In this document: positions 58,645 through 64,000 of the stretch, in pieces
Layout: each line of letters opens with the position of its first letter
Position numbering within the stretch: the stretch's first letter is position 1
Assembly (NCBI GenBank): GCA_963801165.1
Contig: CAWDDT010000006.1
Location: forward strand, 288,001-352,000
DNA length: 64,000 nt
Reading direction: 5' to 3'
Source: an uncultured bacterium
Lineage (GTDB): Bacteria; Actinomycetota; Acidimicrobiia; Spongiisociales; UBA5794
Position numbers and translations under genes: made by a program
Notes under the pieces: generated by a model
Seen by the model: only the letters and a program-made list of their open reading frames with translations
Told to the model about the DNA's origin: nothing
Databases searched by the model: none

Positions 58645-58861
58645 TTTCCTTCTCCCTCTGGGAGAGGTGCCAAGCGAAGCGAAGGCGGTGAGGGCCCTTT
58701 TTCCTTCTCCCTCTGGGAGAAGTGACCGAGCGAAGCGAGGTCGATGAGGGCCTCCTTCCCTCACCCCCTGGGAGAGCTGCCAAGCAAAGCGAAGCCGTAA
58801 CCCGCTCTTTCCTTCTCCCTCTGGGAGAAGTGACCGAGCGAAGCGAGGTCGATGAGGGCCT
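58645..58861. repeat. Cluster of four REP-like elements
   Basis: Repeated CCTTCTCCCTCTGGGAGA(A/G)GTG..C(G/A)AGCGAAGCGA..GATGAGGG units. Confidence 0.88.
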
Positions 58862-58869
58862 TCTTTCCG

Positions 58870-59349
58870 TCAGGTCGAGGTGACCACACCTTCTGCGGCG
58901 TCGACCAGAACTCGCCAGAGGTAGTTGCCGAAAGAACGAGACGGCAGCAGTAGATACGAAGGGCTTCCCTCCACGTCGTCCCGGACCAGTTCGGTGGCGA
59001 CACCGGCGATCAGAGTCCGTGCCGCCGCCCCGTTCGGGAACATGTCGTCGGACAGGTCGAGCGCACAGACCGCGGCCAGCACGTCCATGGCATGGTCGCC
59101 GGAAAGCCGGAACACCGCCCGGACATGCGACAGATCGACGTCAGCAGGGGCGGTGCCGTTCATCACGGTCGACTCCCCCGGTGTGACCGACCACTCCAGC
59201 GACTTCCCCGACAGGCGAGCCGTTCCCGGAGCAACATCGGCTTGGAAGCGTCGGGTCAGCCGGACTCCAGTCTCATCGGTCAGCGCGACGTCGGGCCCCG
59301 GCAGAAACGCCGGTTGCCGGACGGGGGAAGAGAAACGTGGTTCAGCCAT
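58870..59349 (-). CDS. soxG: Sarcosine oxidase gamma subunit
   Basis: VDLSH, RLSG, CALDL, RSFGNYLW; operon position. Confidence 0.8.
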   Translation of the reverse strand: MAEPRFSSPVRQPAFLPGPDVALTDETGVRLTRRFQADVAPGTARLSGKSLEWSVTPGESTVMNGTAPADVDLSHVRAVFRLSGDHAMDVLAAVCALDLSDDMFPNGAAARTLIAGVATELVRDDVEGSPSYLLLPSRSFGNYLWRVLVDAAEGVVTST

Positions 59350-62167
59350 TGAGACGCTCCCCTTCCGTGTCGAAGTGCGCGTGGTGCTCCATCACCCGCA
59401 CCCCGGTGTTGGTTCCGTCGGGAAGCCGGACTGTCAGCACTGTCCCCGGGTCCGCATGGGGGCCGGCCACCTGCCCCAGACAAATCGACCTGCTGAGTGT
59501 CGGCGACCACCGGCTCGAGGTGATCCGCCCGATGATGGTGTTGCCTGAGACCAGCTGGCACGCCTCAGGGGGAACGAGCAGAGAATTCTCCGGTTGGAGC
59601 GCAACCAGCCGAACCCGGTCCTCGTCCCGTGACTGCCAGACGAGCTCCGGCTTGCCGGCAAAGTCGGGCTTGTCGAGCGCGATCAACCGGTCGATGCCCG
59701 CGGAGAAGCCCTGGGTGAGCCCGTCGGTGTCCTGGCCAACGATGAAGTGGCCTTTCTCCAACCGCATGATTCGCTGCGCCTCGACGCCGAACGGGGCGAC
59801 ACCGAGATCCTCCCCTGCGGCGACGAAGGCGTTCCACACATGCCGTGCATACCCGGCGGGGGCGTGAATCTCATAGCTCAGCTCGCCGGTGAAGCCGATT
59901 CGCAGCACGATGCAGTTCTCGACCCCGGCGACGGTGCCGGTGCGCACCCGCATGTAGCAGAACGTGTCCCGATCCAGGTCGATGTCGGTGAGACGGGCCA
60001 GCAGCTCTCGCGAGCGAGGACCGGCCACGTTCATCGACCCATACCCGTCGGTCACTGCGATCATCCGAACATCCCAACCGCGTGACTGGATCCAGTCGTC
60101 GAGCCAGTCCCATACCCGCCCCGCGCCACCGGACGTCGTCGTCATCAGCCACCGGTCGGTGGCAAGCCTCGCCACGACACCGTCGTCGAAGATGACACCG
60201 TCGTCGGTGCACATGACTCCATAGCGGACCGAGCCGACGGCGAGCTTCTGCCACTTGTTCGTGTAGACGAATTCAAGAAGATCGGGGACATCCGACCCGC
60301 TCAGCTCGATCTTGCCGAGCGGGCTCACGTCGATGATCCCGACGTTCTCGCGGACGTTGACCACCTCTGCGTGCGGGTCACCGTAGTGCGCGGGGCGGAT
60401 CCATTGACCGGCGACCAGCGGTCGCGCCCCATTCTCCTCATGCCACTCCTGCATCGGGGAATGCCGCACCGGCTCGTATCCGCGGCCGGCGAGGACGCCC
60501 AGGCTCAGAGGAGCATACGGGGGACGCCACGTCGTTGTGCCTGTCTCGGCGATCGAGCGACCCGTCGCCGCAGCGTGCAGCGCAACCGCGTTGGCCACTT
60601 CGAGCTTGCCCTGGCCGGGTCCCATGGTGACGGTCGTGTACCGCTTCGTCAGCTCCATGCTGTCGTACCCCTCGGCGACGGCCGCTCCAATGTCCTTCGA
60701 GCTGATGTCCTCCGAGAAGTCCACGAAACCGTGCGTCGCACCCCGGTACAGCTCGGGATGGTCCGCTGGTGGCAGCGGTGCCACGGCACGGGCCGGAAGC
60801 CTGGGCGGGGGCGGTGCCGCACTGGTGGGCAGCGCCGACCGCCATGCGGCCCGGGTGATCAGCGCCCGCTCGCCGGCCTCGCGGCCCACCGCCCTACCGT
60901 GCTCGACCAGCTGATCCGTCGTCCCGTCCCCCACGATCCCTCCGGTCGCCATCACGTCGTCGGGCAGGGGGCCGGGTAGATAGCGAGCCGCCCTCGGTGC
61001 GTACTCGGGTCGTGAACCCGCCATGTTGAGCAACGCCGTCGGCGTCGTCCACCCGGTAGCGGTTACGAGGAGGTCGGCGTCGATCTCGGACCCGTCCGCC
61101 AGTTCGACACTGGAGACCGAACCGCGGCCCCGGGCGCGGGCGATGCCGCCCACGCTTCGGGCATCGACGACCGTGACGTCCGCACCGACAGAGGCGAGGT
61201 CGGCTGCCGCGGCATCGCCGGACTCGTTGGCGGTGAAGACCACGGCTTTTGCCCCCGGCTTGACGGCATACAGGTTGATCAGCCGCCGCACCCCGGTAGA
61301 CAGCATTACCCCGGGAAGGTCGTTTCCCTCGAACACAAAGGGACGCTCCAGCGTCCCCGCCGCGACCACCAGCATCTTCGCCCTCGCCTTGATGAGCCTC
61401 TCGGTCACGGTCGGGTGGCTACGTTCCAGGATCGCCACCCAGTTGTGGTCGTAGCGACCGGTAACCACCGAATCGGTGAGCACCTCGATGTTGCCGGCGG
61501 AGCGGACGGCCTGCCGCAGCCGGTCCAGGTGCTCGAGATCGGTGCCGTTGCCCCACCGGAGATGCCCACCCAGCTGATGCTCTTCCTCCACCAGGATCAC
61601 GCGGGCGCCGGTCTGTGCCGCCGCAACCGCAGCGGCCATGCCGGCCGGGCCACCTCCAGCAACAACGACGTCGGGATGGGCAAACCTGTGGTCGTAGCGG
61701 TCGTCGGGAGGCCGGTTGGTGACCTCCCCGCCGGGAGAGAACTGGCGGAGCACCTTCTGGTATTGCGGCCACAGCCCCCTCGGAGCCATGAAGGTCTTGT
61801 AGTAGAAGCCTGGCGGGAGAAACCGGCTCAGCCCCCGGTTGGCGGACCGGACGTCGAATTCGAGCGAAGGCCAGGTGTTCTGAGAAGTCACCCGCATCCC
61901 TTCCTTCACGAGCCGGTGGCCGCCCCGCACGTTCGGTTCGTCTCCCACCTGAACCATGAGGTTCGGGTCGAGGAAACTGGCAAGAAGCATCCCCCGGCGC
62001 CGGTGGTATTTGAAGCTCCTGGCGAACACCGATACCCCCGCGGCGGCCAGTGCCGACGCGATCGTGTCTCCGACATACCCGACATGCGTCTTGCCGTTCC
62101 AGGTGAAGGCAATGCGTTGGGACCGGTCGATAACCTCGCCGGGGCGGGGAGCAAGACGGTTTTTCAT
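59342..62167 (-). CDS. soxA: Sarcosine oxidase alpha subunit
   Basis: GDTIASAL, RSFKYHR, GFYYKTF, KRYTT, GcvT domain. Confidence 0.93.
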   Translation of the reverse strand: MKNRLAPRPGEVIDRSQRIAFTWNGKTHVGYVGDTIASALAAAGVSVFARSFKYHRRRGMLLASFLDPNLMVQVGDEPNVRGGHRLVKEGMRVTSQNTWPSLEFDVRSANRGLSRFLPPGFYYKTFMAPRGLWPQYQKVLRQFSPGGEVTNRPPDDRYDHRFAHPDVVVAGGGPAGMAAAVAAAQTGARVILVEEEHQLGGHLRWGNGTDLEHLDRLRQAVRSAGNIEVLTDSVVTGRYDHNWVAILERSHPTVTERLIKARAKMLVVAAGTLERPFVFEGNDLPGVMLSTGVRRLINLYAVKPGAKAVVFTANESGDAAAADLASVGADVTVVDARSVGGIARARGRGSVSSVELADGSEIDADLLVTATGWTTPTALLNMAGSRPEYAPRAARYLPGPLPDDVMATGGIVGDGTTDQLVEHGRAVGREAGERALITRAAWRSALPTSAAPPPPRLPARAVAPLPPADHPELYRGATHGFVDFSEDISSKDIGAAVAEGYDSMELTKRYTTVTMGPGQGKLEVANAVALHAAATGRSIAETGTTTWRPPYAPLSLGVLAGRGYEPVRHSPMQEWHEENGARPLVAGQWIRPAHYGDPHAEVVNVRENVGIIDVSPLGKIELSGSDVPDLLEFVYTNKWQKLAVGSVRYGVMCTDDGVIFDDGVVARLATDRWLMTTTSGGAGRVWDWLDDWIQSRGWDVRMIAVTDGYGSMNVAGPRSRELLARLTDIDLDRDTFCYMRVRTGTVAGVENCIVLRIGFTGELSYEIHAPAGYARHVWNAFVAAGEDLGVAPFGVEAQRIMRLEKGHFIVGQDTDGLTQGFSAGIDRLIALDKPDFAGKPELVWQSRDEDRVRLVALQPENSLLVPPEACQLVSGNTIIGRITSSRWSPTLSRSICLGQVAGPHADPGTVLTVRLPDGTNTGVRVMEHHAHFDTEGERLNG

Positions 62168-62421
62168 CCGCTCCCCCGATCTCGAACCTCTGTGATCTCG
62201 TTGGTCACCGTGTCGCGTACGACAGAAAGGTATCGACGGCAGCCTGCGGCGTGGAACCACTGCTCGACCGCCGATCCCGCGGCGTTGTCGTGGAAGTACA
62301 GATAGTCACGCCACATCGCCGCAGTCGCCTCCTGGGGGTCCGGCCGGGTGTGTTGCTCACCGTGGTAGGTGAACTCCGACGAATTGCGCAAACCGCAGTG
62401 CGGACACGGGATCAGCAGCAT
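62164..62421 (-). CDS. soxD: Sarcosine oxidase delta subunit
   Basis: IPCPHCG, WFHAAGC, RDTVT. Confidence 0.93.
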   Translation of the reverse strand: MLLIPCPHCGLRNSSEFTYHGEQHTRPDPQEATAAMWRDYLYFHDNAAGSAVEQWFHAAGCRRYLSVVRDTVTNEITEVRDRGSG

Positions 62422-62473
62422 CGTCTGCCCTCTCCGCGCAACGAAACCGGACCCGGTGCGCCGTCGCCCACAA

Positions 62474-62695
62474 GGCCCTCATCGCCTTTCGCTTCGCTCA
62501 GGCACTTCTCCCAAAGGGAGAAGCAACAGGAACCACTCACAACGCCCTCGCTCGCTTCCCCCTGCCCTGTGAGAAGCGCCGACCAAACCGAAACCGATGA
62601 GGTACCGCGAATTCCTTCTCCCTCTGGGAGAAACACCGAGCGAGGCGAAGCCGATGACCGCCGACGAATTCCTTCTCCCAGAGGGAGAAGGAATA
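62474..62695. repeat. REP-like cluster between soxB and soxD
   Basis: Copies in both orientations (CTTCTCCCAAAGGGAGAAG; CCTTCTCCCTCTGGGAGAA; CCTTCTCCCAGAGGGAGAAGG). Confidence 0.85.
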
Positions 62696-62714
62696 GGAAT
62701 CACCCAGCACACCT

Positions 62715-63971
62715 TCAGTGCCCAACGGCCGCTGCTCCTTTCTCGCCTACTAGACGGCCATTCTCGAAACGATCCAGGGAGAAGGGTGCGATCAGCGGCG
62801 GGACGGTCCCCGTGGCGACGAGCCGGGCGATCTGCTCGCCGGAGACGGGTGCGGCCTTGAAGCCGTAGGTCCCCCAACCCACGTCGACAACGAAACCGTC
62901 GACCGGCGTGAATCCCATGATCGGGGCGAAATCCGGGGTCATGTCGCACAAGCCTGCCCACTGTCGGAGGAGCTTCATCCTGGCGATCGCCGGCATCAGC
63001 TCGAGCACGTGCTTCGCCAGGTTCTCGGTGAACTCCAGCGAGCCGCGGGTCGAATACGACGCAAATGGGTCGACGGACGCTCCGAAGACGAGCTCGCCCC
63101 GGGCGGTCTGGGAGACGTAGACATGCAGCGATCCCGACACGACCACGGGACCGAGGAAGTGCTTGACGGGCTCAGTCACCGCCGCCTGGAGCGGACGGGT
63201 CAGGATCGGCAGCCGCACGCCCGCCATGGCGGCGATGAGGGAACTCCAGCCGGCGGTGCAGTTGATCACCGTCCCGGTGGCGATCCGCCCGCGGGTGGTT
63301 TCCACTCCGGTCACGGCGCCGTTGGAGACGTCGATGCCGGTCACCTCGGTGTCCTGGTGGATGTGAACACCGTGGGCGTTGGCGCCGCGGGCATAGCCCC
63401 ACACCACCGCATCGTGCCGGATGATGCCGCCGGGAGGGTGCCACAAAGCCCCGACGATCGGATAGCGGGCGGTGGCGGTGATATCCATGAACGGTACGAG
63501 ACGTTTGATCTCGTCGGGCCCGATCACGCTCGAGTCGATGCCCTGGGCCTTGTTGACCTCCGCCCGCCAGTGCATCGTGCGCAGCGAGCTGTCGTTGTGG
63601 GCCAGAGTCATGTGCCCGCGCTGTTCGAACATGACGTTGAAGTTGAGCTCGGCCGCCAGACCCTCATACAACTCAACGGACCGTTGGTAGAAGCTCGCCC
63701 CCTCGGGAGTGAGATAGTTGGAGCGGACGATCGCAGTGTTGCGCCCCGAGCCACCCGAGCCGATGTAGCTCTTCTCGATCACCGCCACATCGGTTATGCC
63801 GTGGTTGGCAGCCAGATAGTAGGCAGTGGCCAACCCGTGCACTCCACCGCCGATGATCACCACCTGGTACGAAGGCTGGAGCTCGTGATGGTCGACTACC
63901 CGGGGCCAATCCTGCCGTCCGAGCCCGTGGCGCAGCAGCGCCAGTGCCGAGTAGCGTGTCCGTCTCGTCAT
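62715..63971 (-). CDS. soxB: Sarcosine oxidase beta subunit
   Basis: GGGVHG, GSGRNT..RSNY, RHDAV, GWGTYGFKA, AAAVGH. Confidence 0.95.
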   Translation of the reverse strand: MTRRTRYSALALLRHGLGRQDWPRVVDHHELQPSYQVVIIGGGVHGLATAYYLAANHGITDVAVIEKSYIGSGGSGRNTAIVRSNYLTPEGASFYQRSVELYEGLAAELNFNVMFEQRGHMTLAHNDSSLRTMHWRAEVNKAQGIDSSVIGPDEIKRLVPFMDITATARYPIVGALWHPPGGIIRHDAVVWGYARGANAHGVHIHQDTEVTGIDVSNGAVTGVETTRGRIATGTVINCTAGWSSLIAAMAGVRLPILTRPLQAAVTEPVKHFLGPVVVSGSLHVYVSQTARGELVFGASVDPFASYSTRGSLEFTENLAKHVLELMPAIARMKLLRQWAGLCDMTPDFAPIMGFTPVDGFVVDVGWGTYGFKAAPVSGEQIARLVATGTVPPLIAPFSLDRFENGRLVGEKGAAAVGH

Positions 63972-64000
63972 GGGTCTCGGTGGGTCGCTTGGGCTTGTTC

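Noticed and set aside
58645-58861. Possible CRISPR array
   Set aside because: The units are internally palindromic, the intervening sequences are themselves repeated rather than unique spacers, copies are dispersed, and there are no cas genes.

Overview
High-GC bacterial DNA, most consistent with an actinobacterium (Acidimicrobiia-like gene content; inferred). The backbone carries a response-regulator/thioredoxin-reductase fusion, secreted nucleases, a methylated-glycine catabolic set (corrinoid methyltransferase cluster, dimethylglycine dehydrogenase with ETF, sarcosine oxidase soxBDAG), acyl-CoA carboxylase beta and der. An accessory region at about 24.9-50.8 kb lies next to tRNA-Pro(GGG). 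It holds (i) a ~12.5 kb block bracketed by duplicated VOC segments, with a sugar ABC/GH1 locus whose GH1 has Gln at the acid/base position; (ii) a C39-like protease plus a paralog of its C-terminal domain; (iii) a translationally coupled MBL hydrolase-caspase-unknown triad, a candidate defence system; and (iv) a ~9 kb integrative mobilizable element. The best candidate for a new system is that element's cargo: a MauE-MauD-like operon with a Tat-exported 20-Cys miniprotein and a MauF-like membrane protein. The membrane-protein gene has an in-frame TGA followed by a SECIS-like GGUC-loop hairpin, so it is a probable selenoprotein that the ORF track truncates. All family calls come from motif recognition by eye, not from database searches.
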